32,000 bases of DNA from Candidatus Hermodarchaeota archaeon (GCA_048886185.1 JBHLKY010000001.1:210001-242000), one strand, 5' to 3'. Shown: positions 1 through 9,124, counted from the first letter of the stretch. The notes: generated by a model not told the origin, from the letters alone. A program made the numbers and translations.

Positions 1-1
1 T

Positions 2-1219
2 TATGGTCATCCCGAAGGACAGTTTATGATTGAAAGATTGATTGAACAATTAGCGCGTAAACTAGACATGGACTCCAATGAGCTACGTATGCTAAATTTT
101 CTAAAAGCAGGTGATACTAACTCATTAGGACAACAAATTACAGCTCATAATGGGGATATGAGGGAGTGCTTTGAGAAAATGGTTGCAGCTCTAAAAGCAA
201 ATCCATTACCAGAAGAAGATGAAGTATATTTCTATGGTAGAGGAGTTGCTGCATTAGTAAAATCTCCTGTTCAAGCTGCAAATGCTTCATCAAGCGTTTT
301 CTTAAAATTTAATGAGGACTTAACCGTCAATATCTCAATAGGGGGGATAGAAATGGGTCAAGGATGTCTTACAGTACTCGCACAAATAGCTGCAGAAAGT
401 CTTCAACTTCCCTTGGAAAAAGTTCGGATTAATTATGAAATTAATACACAACTAACTCCTTATGAATGGCAAAGTGTGGCGAGTATGACCACAATGAGGG
501 TTGGAAATGCCATAATAACTGCTTGTAAAAGAGCAATTGAGCAATTTAAACAAAATGCCGCGTTAGTCCTTAATTGCGATTCCAAAGAATTGATTTACGA
601 TGGTAAAAACGTATCTCGGGGACAAGAGAGCATTTCATTAAAAAATCTCGTCCTTGGATATCAATACGAAGATGGCCATACTATAGGTGACCCAATTTTA
701 GCTTCTGGATCTTCTGTTGTTAGGAATGTAACCTTTCCTAATCTTGAAAGTGGTCAATATCAGCCATATGAATGGACTTTCGGTGCACAAGGTTGTGATA
801 TTAGTATAGAAAAATCAACTGGTAAGATAAAGGTTTTACATATTGTAACAGCTCTTGATATTGGGAAAGTAATTAATCCTAAGACTGTTCATGGTCAAAT
901 AACAGGAGGAGTTCTGATGGGGATAGGAGCAGCACTTAAAGAGATAATTATTTTTGATGCAAATGGAATTATGGAAACAACCACTCTACGAAAGTATGCA
1001 ACTCCCAGAATATCTGATATGCCTGATAAATTCACCTATATTCTTATTGAAAACCCTCAACCAGATGGCCCATATGGTGCAAGGCCTATGGCTGAACATC
1101 CTATTATAGGAGTTCCACCTGCAATTCTTAATGCTCTTCAAAATGCTACAGGTATTTCGATAACAAAATTACCAGCTACATCTGATAAAGTACTAATAGG
1201 TTTAGTGGAGAGGAGTTGA
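2..1219 (+). CDS. Xanthine dehydrogenase/CoxL/aldehyde oxidoreductase family molybdopterin-binding subunit, C-terminal part (5'-truncated by window)
   Basis: Frame is open from position 2 (YGHPEGQFMIER, the FRGFGxPQ-type Moco loop). Further family motifs: IEMGQG, TPYEWQSVASMTT, DIGKVINP..GQITGG..MGIG..L.E, GPYGARPMAE. Confidence 0.9.
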   Translation, partial: YGHPEGQFMIERLIEQLARKLDMDSNELRMLNFLKAGDTNSLGQQITAHNGDMRECFEKMVAALKANPLPEEDEVYFYGRGVAALVKSPVQAANASSSVFLKFNEDLTVNISIGGIEMGQGCLTVLAQIAAESLQLPLEKVRINYEINTQLTPYEWQSVASMTTMRVGNAIITACKRAIEQFKQNAALVLNCDSKELIYDGKNVSRGQESISLKNLVLGYQYEDGHTIGDPILASGSSVVRNVTFPNLESGQYQPYEWTFGAQGCDISIEKSTGKIKVLHIVTALDIGKVINPKTVHGQITGGVLMGIGAALKEIIIFDANGIMETTTLRKYATPRISDMPDKFTYILIENPQPDGPYGARPMAEHPIIGVPPAILNALQNATGISITKLPATSDKVLIGLVERS

Positions 1220-1223
1220 TAAT

Positions 1224-1706
1224 ATGGAGATTAAACTTACAGTTAATAATAGAAAATATACGCTTGAGGTCGATCCTAAGGATTCTTTACTTTTTATTCT
1301 TCGTGAACGTCTAAATTTAACTGGAACTAAAAATGGGTGTAATCAAGGTCACTGTGGAGCGTGTACTGTTATCTTAAATGGTGATGCTGTTAAATCTTGT
1401 CTAATAAAGTCCAACAAGCTCGACGGGGCGAATATAACAACAATTGAAGGGATCTCTCCTGACTCACTTGATTTCGAGTTACACCCTATTCAGGAAGCAT
1501 TCGTTAAGACCACTGCTGTTCAGTGTGGCTTTTGTACTTCAGGGTATATTATGGAACTATATGCTCTCTATGAAAAAAATCTTGATATTTCGGAACAGGA
1601 AATAAAATCAGCTTTAGAGGGGCACTTATGTCGTTGTACAGGTTATCGGCCCATTCTAGATGCTGCATTACTTGCTCAGAAGATAATATCACAAAAGAAG
1701 TTGTGA
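1224..1706 (+). CDS. (2Fe-2S)-binding small subunit, CoxS/XdhC family
   Basis: GTKNGCNQGHCGACTV..SC and QCGFCTSG..CRCTGY cluster motifs. Starts 4 nt after the Mo subunit stop, with GAGGAG upstream. Confidence 0.95.
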   Translation: MEIKLTVNNRKYTLEVDPKDSLLFILRERLNLTGTKNGCNQGHCGACTVILNGDAVKSCLIKSNKLDGANITTIEGISPDSLDFELHPIQEAFVKTTAVQCGFCTSGYIMELYALYEKNLDISEQEIKSALEGHLCRCTGYRPILDAALLAQKIISQKKL

Positions 1707-1716
1707 TTTTTCTCTT

Positions 1717-2220
1717 TTATTTCAATCCGACAAATTCATATTTGTAGTTCATTCCATCTATTTCTAGGAGTACTATGGTATTACGAGGGGCAAAATATCT
1801 ATCTGTGGGGGATCCAGGATTAATGAAAAGAATATCATCTTTAAATTTAGCAATGGGTTTATGTGTATGCCCACTCACAATAATATTAGGATGTGGAACA
1901 TTACTAAACTCGTTCAGAACGCGTTTAAAATAACCTGAGGATCCCCCACTTCCATGAGTTATACCAATCAATAAATTTTCAACTTGAAACACTTCTCGTT
2001 TTGGAAATCGGTTTTTAACAGTCTGATGACACATATTTCCGTGAACAGCTTTGAGGGGAGCAATTTCTTCTAAAGGTGTAACGATAGATAATTCCTCAAA
2101 ATCTCCCGCGTGAACAATTAAATCAACATTACTATCAATGAATTGTTTTCTAACTGAATCTGGAAGTTTCTTTTGGCGAGACGGAATATGGGTATCAGAA
2201 ATTAATCCTAATATTTTCAT
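1717..2220 (-). CDS. Metallophosphoesterase, MJ0936/YfcE family
   Basis: Calcineurin-like motifs SDTH, HAGD, HGN, ITHG, GHTH, NPGS. Confidence 0.9.
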   Translation of the reverse strand: MKILGLISDTHIPSRQKKLPDSVRKQFIDSNVDLIVHAGDFEELSIVTPLEEIAPLKAVHGNMCHQTVKNRFPKREVFQVENLLIGITHGSGGSSGYFKRVLNEFSNVPHPNIIVSGHTHKPIAKFKDDILFINPGSPTDRYFAPRNTIVLLEIDGMNYKYEFVGLK

Positions 2221-2226
2221 TGTAAT

Positions 2227-3675
2227 TCATCCAAAAATTAAGGATTTAACAACAACAGGAAAGACCCGATTATTTACAATAGGCTCTCCGATATCAATAA
2301 AATCTCCCTCTTTCAGAGAAATCTCGTCAATAGAAAGAATATTATTTTGTACACCTGTTTCGCGGCGAAGAACATTTCCCACTGAGTTTCCAATATCCGT
2401 ATCGAAGATCATAATAATTGATTTATTGTTTGCGAGAGTTTTCGGCAATGCTTTTACAACTCCTTTTGAAAATATGGCCAACTTTTCGTATACAGTTCTC
2501 ACAGGATCATGAAACGCTAATGCGATTGGTTCCTCTCCCTCAAGACGATCAAGTCTTTCTAGAGCAGCTGAAATTTGGGTGGCTACATAATTTTCTGATA
2601 ATTTATCTCGTTGAATTATTGGAGAGACAATAGGTAAATTTCTAATTGGAAAAACACTCACGTTTGTCTCAGGGGACATAAATGTTGTGGATCCACTTAC
2701 CTGTAAGGTATACTCACTTGCACCTATAACAGTAGCACGAATTTTCTCGGGTACTTCCACCCAGTTGTGATTGTGTTCTTTGATTAGTGATCGGATATGA
2801 AAACCTAATTCTTGTCCTAGGTCATTATAATTCTGAGTATTTTTCTCATAAATAAATTCGGCTACTCCACCAGAGAAGCTCCAAATTGGATTTCCTTCAA
2901 AACACTTTTGAGGTAATTTAGAAGTCATCATAAGTTTTTTAGTGAATGGAGACATTTCCTGATTTGTAATCGCTTCAACTAAAGCAGATGCTAATAAACG
3001 AGCCACATGATCTTTTTGAAGGGGTGTGACAATATTTCCTTGTTTTAAATCCAATTCACAGTGTTCTAATGCAATTTTTCCTGCTGGTTCTAATCTAGCT
3101 AGCTCATTCTTCTCATCAAATACAATAAGTCGCCCACCAACATTAATACAAGCTGTGGCTATAATCTCTCCTTTGTCAATCACCGCAATATTCGATGTTC
3201 CCCCCCCTACGTCTGAATGAATAACTTTACAAGAGTTCTTTCTCGAATATTTTACTGCTCCAGAGCCATATGCCGAAATAACTGATTCAAAATTCGGCCC
3301 TGCGCTTGCAGCAACAAATTTCCCTGTTTCTCTTGCAAGAATTTCTACAATTTGTTCAGCATTTTCTTTCTTTGCAGATTCCCCTGTGATTATTACAGCA
3401 CCTGTATCAATGTCTTTGGTGGTTTTTCCAGCTCTTTCATATTCTTTCAATAAATATTGTGTTAATTTCTTTAAATTAATCTCATTTTTGTCTGTTAGAG
3501 GAGTGAAAAAGATATTTCCTCGATATTTGATGATCCTTTCAGCAACATGATATTTCTCAGTTTTAGCTTTAGGATCTTTCTTTAATACTAGTTCTGAGAA
3601 TATAAGATGAGATGTACTAGTACCTACGTCAATACCCACACTAGAAATTCGTTTTTCTATCTCTGTTGGTGTCAT
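2227..3675 (-). CDS. eutA: Ethanolamine ammonia-lyase reactivating factor EutA homolog (ASKHA ATPase)
   Basis: SVGIDVGTSTSHLIFS, GAVIITGE..KENA, FVAASAGPNFES..SAYGSG, DVGGGTSN, NVGGRL, FSGGVAE, IRATVIGA, C-terminal PVVVKSLIF. Length 482 aa fits EutA. Confidence 0.88.
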   Translation of the reverse strand: MTPTEIEKRISSVGIDVGTSTSHLIFSELVLKKDPKAKTEKYHVAERIIKYRGNIFFTPLTDKNEINLKKLTQYLLKEYERAGKTTKDIDTGAVIITGESAKKENAEQIVEILARETGKFVAASAGPNFESVISAYGSGAVKYSRKNSCKVIHSDVGGGTSNIAVIDKGEIIATACINVGGRLIVFDEKNELARLEPAGKIALEHCELDLKQGNIVTPLQKDHVARLLASALVEAITNQEMSPFTKKLMMTSKLPQKCFEGNPIWSFSGGVAEFIYEKNTQNYNDLGQELGFHIRSLIKEHNHNWVEVPEKIRATVIGASEYTLQVSGSTTFMSPETNVSVFPIRNLPIVSPIIQRDKLSENYVATQISAALERLDRLEGEEPIALAFHDPVRTVYEKLAIFSKGVVKALPKTLANNKSIIMIFDTDIGNSVGNVLRRETGVQNNILSIDEISLKEGDFIDIGEPIVNNRVFPVVVKSLIFG

Positions 3676-3884
3676 AGGATAACCTGCTTCCTATTCGGTG
3701 ATTTATAGCTGTGATTTTTAATCTTATTTCCAATTGGTTAATATATATCAATAATGAATACAACTGAATGGGAGGGATTCTTATTTATCTTGTATGCTGG
3801 GAAAAAGCAAAATGTATAACAATTCTTATTCTTTTCACATTATTATCAGAATGTTAATCTCAATCAAAAAAGAATCAAATTATA

Positions 3885-4694
3885 GTGATTAAAATGAATT
3901 TTAGAATGATAGATTTAACACAGAAACTCAGTATTCATACACCTCCTTGGCCGAGTTATGTTCCGCTGCAATTACAATATTTTAAGAGAATCGCGGGAGC
4001 ACACATGGGTCAAGGAGCTAATGGCCAGATTTTGACGACAAGTAATCATGTGGGAACACATATTGATGGAGAAATTCATTTCTTTGCAGCTGGAAGAAGT
4101 ATTGGAGAAATGGAGTTGGAAGAGTTTTGTGGGCCTGGAGTTATGGTAGATCTTTCCGATATATTAACTGATTACGATCTATATTCACCAGAGATGTTAA
4201 TGGAACGTGCTGATATTAGAAAAGAAGATATTTTACTTATAAAAACTGGTTATCAGCGTTATGCCTGGGATCAACCTGAGAGTGATGAGTTAAGATATTT
4301 TGTAAAACACCCAGGGCCAGATAAGGATTTTCCCCAATGGGCAATGGATATGGAATTCAAATGGATAGGGGTCGATTGCGGTAGTGCTGATCATCCTATG
4401 AACACGATTATACGGGATTGGCATCCCAAACCTTTCAAAGAAGCAGAAAAAAAACTAATAGAAAAATATGGAGTGAATTCCTGGGATGAGATGTTTCCTC
4501 TTGATGAATTTTATCAAATCATGCATCTTGATTTGTTTCCAAAAGGAGTAATTCATGCTGAAAATTTGTGGATTCCTGATGATCCTATACTAAAGAATAA
4601 ACGGATTTGGATTGGATGTTTTCCTCTCCGCGGTATTGAACTAGAATCCTCAATGTGTCGAATTGTTGCTTTTCCTGATGTCTCATTAGATTAG
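3885..4694 (+). CDS. Cyclase-family metal-dependent amidohydrolase (kynurenine formamidase-like)
   Basis: DLT...TPPWP, HVGTHIDG (HxGTHxD), DILLIKTG, HPG, IGVD, ENL, CFPLR...CRIVA. Confidence 0.9.
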   Translation: MIKMNFRMIDLTQKLSIHTPPWPSYVPLQLQYFKRIAGAHMGQGANGQILTTSNHVGTHIDGEIHFFAAGRSIGEMELEEFCGPGVMVDLSDILTDYDLYSPEMLMERADIRKEDILLIKTGYQRYAWDQPESDELRYFVKHPGPDKDFPQWAMDMEFKWIGVDCGSADHPMNTIIRDWHPKPFKEAEKKLIEKYGVNSWDEMFPLDEFYQIMHLDLFPKGVIHAENLWIPDDPILKNKRIWIGCFPLRGIELESSMCRIVAFPDVSLD

Positions 4695-4698
4695 CAAT

Positions 4699-5238
4699 TT
4701 GATCTTAAATACTTATTTAATGGAGTTAAGAAGGTTTAATAATCAAAGAGAGGAAGAAAAGTTAATGGGAAAAGCTACGGAGAAAAGAACAACTGAAAAA
4801 ATCCAGAAGAAGAAACCAAAAGCCCTTGTTGTAACTGAAGATGAATTTCTTAAATTAAGACCAATCATAAGTCCATATGTGTCTCAAAAGAAAAAAACTG
4901 CTGATGATCTACTATTAGAACTTGATTTACGCGAATTTAAGAAAAGAAGCATTATTAGAAGATTTCTTCCCACTCCTGATACCAAGAAAATCCTTCTTGA
5001 CAAGTTAGGAATGGATGTTTTTCTGTTATGTGATGGAAAACGTAAAGTCATAGATATTATAGAGATTTTTCAAGAAAAATATCGTTTAACATCTACTGAA
5101 ACTAAAATTTCCATAAAGAAATACTTGATGAGTCTTACAGAACGTCACCTTGTCGGATTTATAATACCAGAAAAAATAGCTAAAAGAAATCTGTCCTCTG
5201 GAGAAGTTATTGAGAACATTATACTAAATATAGAATGA
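4699..5238 (+). CDS. PqqD/RRE-like small protein (true start may be ATG 4720 or 4765)
   Basis: C-terminal LDKLGMDVFLLCDGKRKVIDIIEIFQEKYRL..ETKISIKKYLMSLTERHLV matches the PqqD/RRE winged-helix pattern (L...G..vw.lcDG..tv..i...l...y......d...fl..L....li). Confidence 0.75.
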   Translation: MILNTYLMELRRFNNQREEEKLMGKATEKRTTEKIQKKKPKALVVTEDEFLKLRPIISPYVSQKKKTADDLLLELDLREFKKRSIIRRFLPTPDTKKILLDKLGMDVFLLCDGKRKVIDIIEIFQEKYRLTSTETKISIKKYLMSLTERHLVGFIIPEKIAKRNLSSGEVIENIILNIE

Positions 5239-5273
5239 TAGTCAGAATCTTATTAAACAAAATTGTATTTTGA

Positions 5274-6221
5274 TTAATTTGGCAAATTAGCTTCAATTGC
5301 TAATTTTGTCATATTTTCTATTAGATCTCTAATTCTTACTTCAATTTTTCTGTTTGTAGAGAATATAATGCAATAAATGTCGTTTTTCTTTGAATTCAAC
5401 CATAAATAGGTTTCTAAGTATGTATTTCTAAGATTCAGGGGGATTCTCTTCTCTACTGTATGTTCGTTCTTCCAGGCAACTGTTTTTTTCTTATAAATTA
5501 ATTTTGTGAAATTTTCGGGACTATAATTCGTGGGGATTCCAGGAAGATGCTTCTTGTAATAACCTTTATACCAATCAGGGATCTCTCCGACATCTGAAAC
5601 TTTTTGATCAGCGAGACCAATACGATAAGCTAGAAAATCCAAATCTTCATTATAGAGATGAAGAAAAGTAAGTCCAATTAAAAAGTCCTTTTTTCTCAAG
5701 TTCATATTAAGATATGGAGAATAAATTTGAAGATTAGGTGCTGTCCACATTGAAAACTTACTTTCAGGATGGCAGTTAATCTGGGAGATTATATTCATTA
5801 TCAAAGGTTTTTCAACAGATTTCTCCTTTCTGGCAAATTGAGCTGGGCAAATGATTAGTCTTTGAGTTTGATCGCAGATCCAGACTACAATATATCCTTG
5901 AATCTTTTCATTCTCTAATTCCCAATAAATATACTTTGCTTTATGCTCATTAACTTTTCTATCACCCTCGGTTCTTATTTTAATCTTTTTACTTGATTTT
6001 TTTAGGGTTTCAAAATAATTCTTGATAACCTTACTCAAATCTGGAGTATTTTTATCAATTTTGGCCCAGCTAACCTCCAATTTTTTCTCCTTAGCATCAC
6101 GAAATCCAAAATAACCTGTTTTTTTCTTCTGTCTCTTCTGTCTTTTTTTTTCAAAAATCATTTGCCATTCAATTGGAACATTGATCAGGAAATATTGCCA
6201 ACCGAATGTTTGAGTTTTCAT
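5274..6221 (-). CDS. Conserved hypothetical soluble protein, possible PsbP/Mog1/DcrB-like fold
   Basis: Long ORF. Likely start ATG 6221 (MKTQTFGWQYFLINVPIEW); the F..f.i.vP..W pattern recalls PsbP-like N-termini. No signal peptide. ORF track extends it to 6275. Confidence 0.6.
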   Translation of the reverse strand: MKTQTFGWQYFLINVPIEWQMIFEKKRQKRQKKKTGYFGFRDAKEKKLEVSWAKIDKNTPDLSKVIKNYFETLKKSSKKIKIRTEGDRKVNEHKAKYIYWELENEKIQGYIVVWICDQTQRLIICPAQFARKEKSVEKPLIMNIISQINCHPESKFSMWTAPNLQIYSPYLNMNLRKKDFLIGLTFLHLYNEDLDFLAYRIGLADQKVSDVGEIPDWYKGYYKKHLPGIPTNYSPENFTKLIYKKKTVAWKNEHTVEKRIPLNLRNTYLETYLWLNSKKNDIYCIIFSTNRKIEVRIRDLIENMTKLAIEANLPN

Positions 6222-6579
6222 CTTAATCCCATTGAGAAAATTAGAAGTATTTATAGTCGTTGTCTCAAAAATCATGATGAGGACGCGGTAAATTGCTAAT
6301 CAAGGCTATCTCGCTTTATACTTCTTTTAACATTGATGCAAGAGGAACTTTCAAGAAGGGCTTCACTACTAGGGGGGAGGAGGATCTGATAATTTAAACT
6401 GTATTTTATTGCTTCATGTCTTCTAGTTTTATAAATATGAAAAATAGGAAAAAAGTACATAATAAACTTTAGGAAAAAAAGGGAAACTATCAAAATACAG
6501 AGTCAATTTCAGAGAATAATTATTAAAGAAATTAAAAAAGCATAAGCAGTTATATTTAGAAGTTTTCATTTCATCCATG

Positions 6580-6591
6580 TTCAAATTTGAA
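6580..6591. promoter_or_regulatory. Perfect 12-bp palindrome TTCAAATTTGAA downstream of a TATA-like box
   Basis: TTATATTTA at 6550-6558; the palindrome lies about 20 nt downstream, just before ATG 6602. Confidence 0.35.
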
Positions 6592-6601
6592 GGAAAATTA
6601 T

Positions 6602-6973
6602 ATGTCTGAATCGGAAATCCAGTGTCCATGTGGTCAATATATCGAAGATTATAGCAAATACTTACTTCTTCACTTAAAAAAGGAGATGGGAGAGATTGAT
6701 ATCTTATGTCCTAATGAATTCTGTTATTTGAGAGAACTCGGATTTTTAAAATTCCACGTTGACACTAATGGAAAAATTAAATTTGATGTTGGTAGGTTTT
6801 ATGCTCCTTACTCAACTTGGAATGCAACAAGGATTACTGAAGAAGCAACAGTAAAAATACTTAAACAACACCTTATAGATATTACTGAAAAACTTGTTGA
6901 TTGGGTTAAGATAAGAAAGGGTGTTCTTAAGTTACAAGAGGAAATAAAAGAAAAACTGGAGGTTTCAACCTGA
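6602..6973 (+). CDS. Small Cys-rich putative Zn-binding protein
   Basis: QCPCG and ILCPNEFC give four Cys. First gene of the 6602-9051 operon; its stop overlaps the next start. Confidence 0.7.
   Translation: MSESEIQCPCGQYIEDYSKYLLLHLKKEMGEIDILCPNEFCYLRELGFLKFHVDTNGKIKFDVGRFYAPYSTWNATRITEEATVKILKQHLIDITEKLVDWVKIRKGVLKLQEEIKEKLEVST
6958..6963 (+). promoter_or_regulatory. Shine-Dalgarno GGAGGT for mini-FtsX CTG start
   Basis: GGAGGT lies 6 nt before CTG at 6970. Confidence 0.7.
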
Positions 6974-7572
6974 GTCTTGATCTACCTGATCCTCATTTTT
7001 CACTTTCTGAGGTAATATATTTATCATTTGCAAATATTCGACGGAGATTTTTACGCTCTGTAATTACTGCATTGGGTATTATCTTGGGAATTACTTTTAT
7101 GTCAGCACTTCTAACTAATTCCCTGATTTTAGGATTAATGCAAGCTGAAACTGAAGTGGAAGCTTATCAATTCTGGTTAGTTGGTATATCATTGATTGTT
7201 TGTTTTGGTGGGATAACAAATTCCATGTTGATGGCTGTGAATGAAAGAGTAAAGGAAATTGGAGTCTACAAGTGCATTGGCGGATTGGATGGTCATATTG
7301 TACGATTATTTATTGTAGAAGCTTTATTTTTGGGAGCACTTGGAGGATCAATAGGAGCTATTGTAGGTTTAGGAATGGGTTTGCTAATCAATCTAAACCG
7401 TTTTTCACTAGATGAATTAACAGCTCAAATAACGGCAAATCCACTTATTTTCATATCATTATTTGGTGTTTGTCTTTTCATTGCGCTTTTTCTTACTGCT
7501 CTTGCAACATTTATACCTGCAAGAAGAGCAGCGAATTTATCTCCAGCAGAAGCTTTACGATATGAAAATTAA
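6970..7572 (+). CDS. Mini FtsX/MacB-like ABC permease lacking a large extracellular domain; probable CTG start
   Basis: The frame upstream of TTG 7072 reads LSLDLPDPHFSLSEVIYLSFANIRRRFLRSVITALGIILG, a MacB-type N-terminal helix plus TM1. FtsX core: NSMLMAVNERVKEIGVYKCIG...FIVEALFLGALGG...PARRAANLSPAEALRYE. Confidence 0.88.
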   Translation: MSLDLPDPHFSLSEVIYLSFANIRRRFLRSVITALGIILGITFMSALLTNSLILGLMQAETEVEAYQFWLVGISLIVCFGGITNSMLMAVNERVKEIGVYKCIGGLDGHIVRLFIVEALFLGALGGSIGAIVGLGMGLLINLNRFSLDELTAQITANPLIFISLFGVCLFIALFLTALATFIPARRAANLSPAEALRYEN

Positions 7573-7587
7573 TCTAGTTGATGATTT

Positions 7588-8310
7588 ATGAGTCTTGAGG
7601 AATATGTTGTAGAAATTTCGGATGTTTTTAAGGAATATCAATTAGGAAAAGTCATTATCCCAGCACTACAAGGCATTTCATTCAAGATTTATCGTGAGGA
7701 ATATGTATCTATAATGGGTCCTTCAGGCAGTGGAAAGAGTACATTGTTTAATGTGATAGGAGGCCTTGATACAGTCACTAGCGGTGAAATCTACATCGAC
7801 CAAGTAGATATTGCTGAGCTTGACGCATACGAATTAGCTTGGCTTAGAAACAGAAAAATCGGTTACATATTCCAAACATTCAATTTACTGTTAGCTTTCA
7901 CTGCTCAGGAGAATGTAGAAACCCCAATGGTTTTTGCTGGAGTCCCTAGAGAAGAAAGGAGGAAAAAATCTAAAGAAAAACTTGAATTAGTAGGACTAGG
8001 AGATCGGTTGAAAAATAAACCTGGACAGTTATCAGGAGGGCAACAACAACGTGTTGCTATTGCTCGAGCGTTAGCTAACGATCCCGCCATTGTTCTAGCA
8101 GACGAACCAACTGCGAATCTTGATCTAGTTACTGGATTGGAAATAATTGAGCTGCTAAGGAGATTAAACACTGAACAGGGTACAACAATAATAACAGCAA
8201 CTCACGATCTTAAAATGATTAATATTAGTGATCGAATTATATGGATTCGTGATGGGAGTGTCGATCGGATTGAGGATCGTGCAGATGTACAAGTAAGTGC
8301 AATATCTTGA
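7588..8310 (+). CDS. ABC transporter ATP-binding protein, MacB/LolD family
   Basis: Walker A GPSGSGKS, Q-loop IFQTF, signature LSGGQQQR, Walker B LADEP, H-loop THD. Confidence 0.95.
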   Translation: MSLEEYVVEISDVFKEYQLGKVIIPALQGISFKIYREEYVSIMGPSGSGKSTLFNVIGGLDTVTSGEIYIDQVDIAELDAYELAWLRNRKIGYIFQTFNLLLAFTAQENVETPMVFAGVPREERRKKSKEKLELVGLGDRLKNKPGQLSGGQQQRVAIARALANDPAIVLADEPTANLDLVTGLEIIELLRRLNTEQGTTIITATHDLKMINISDRIIWIRDGSVDRIEDRADVQVSAIS

Positions 8311-8322
8311 TAGGTGAAAAAG

Positions 8323-9051
8323 ATGTCAGAGGATATCACTATAAAATTAGATGATGTTTGGAAAACATATATCATGGGAAACGAGGAAGTTCAAGCACTG
8401 AGAGGGATTAACCTTGAAATTCTTCAAGGTGAGTTTCACGTTATCATGGGACCTTCTGGGTCAGGAAAGACTACTTTTTTGAATATGGTTGGTGCTCTTG
8501 ACTTTCCTTCTATGGGAGAAGTATATTTCGAGGGCGTTCCTCTTTCTAGTCTTACTAAAAAACAATTGGCTTCTTTACGTTCTTACAAGATTGGATTCAT
8601 CTTTCAAACCTTTAACCTTGTTCCCGTAATAAGTGCTCGTGAAAATGTTTCATTACCTCTTGTTTTTCAAAGATATCCCAGAGAAGAAAGAAAGAAGAGA
8701 GCAGAGGAGATATTAAAAAGAGTTGGATTAGGAGATCGTATGGATCACACCCCAGATGAACTTTCTGGGGGACAACAGCAGCGAGTAGCTATCGCTCGGG
8801 CTTTAGCGGGTAAACCAAGTTTGATTCTGGCTGATGAACCAACAGGTAATTTAGATTTAAAAACTGGATTTCAAATTGTTGAACTATTACGTGAATTAAG
8901 CCAGGAAACTGGTGTAACAGTTATTAATTCAACGCATGATCTTAAACTAATCGATATTGCCGATAGGATCTCTTGGCTAAGAGATGGTGAGATAACACGA
9001 ACCCAACAGAAGTTAGATGTATCAATTACAAGTGCTGACGTAACAATCTAA
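8323..9051 (+). CDS. ABC transporter ATP-binding protein, MacB/LolD family (second paralog)
   Basis: [37 protein letters not shown] at 8312-8317 favours ATG 8323 over GTG 8314. Confidence 0.95.
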   Translation: MSEDITIKLDDVWKTYIMGNEEVQALRGINLEILQGEFHVIMGPSGSGKTTFLNMVGALDFPSMGEVYFEGVPLSSLTKKQLASLRSYKIGFIFQTFNLVPVISARENVSLPLVFQRYPREERKKRAEEILKRVGLGDRMDHTPDELSGGQQQRVAIARALAGKPSLILADEPTGNLDLKTGFQIVELLRELSQETGVTVINSTHDLKLIDIADRISWLRDGEITRTQQKLDVSITSADVTI

Positions 9052-9124
9052 TTAGCAAAACAATTTTAAAAACACATTAAAGATAAAATGGAATATAAAT
9101 AAAAGTAGTTTAGGGGCCTAAAAA

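Noticed and set aside
1717-2220. Vps29 (retromer) eukaryotic-signature call
   Set aside because: It keeps the full catalytic metallophosphoesterase motifs of the widespread MJ0936/YfcE family. No retromer partners are nearby and nothing Vps29-specific can be shown without phylogeny.
2138-3220. Plus-strand ORFs 2138..2512, 2418..2633 and 3026..3220
   Set aside because: Antisense shadows of eutA and the phosphoesterase.
6296-6629. Two short minus-strand ORFs (65 and 66 aa) in the divergent intergenic region
   Set aside because: Low-complexity F/Y/L/I/K translations typical of AT-rich promoter DNA, with no motif. One overlaps the Zn-protein gene.
7588-9051. Recent tandem duplication or repeat element
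   Set aside because: The two ATPases share family motifs but are clearly diverged; they are old paralogs, not a DNA repeat.
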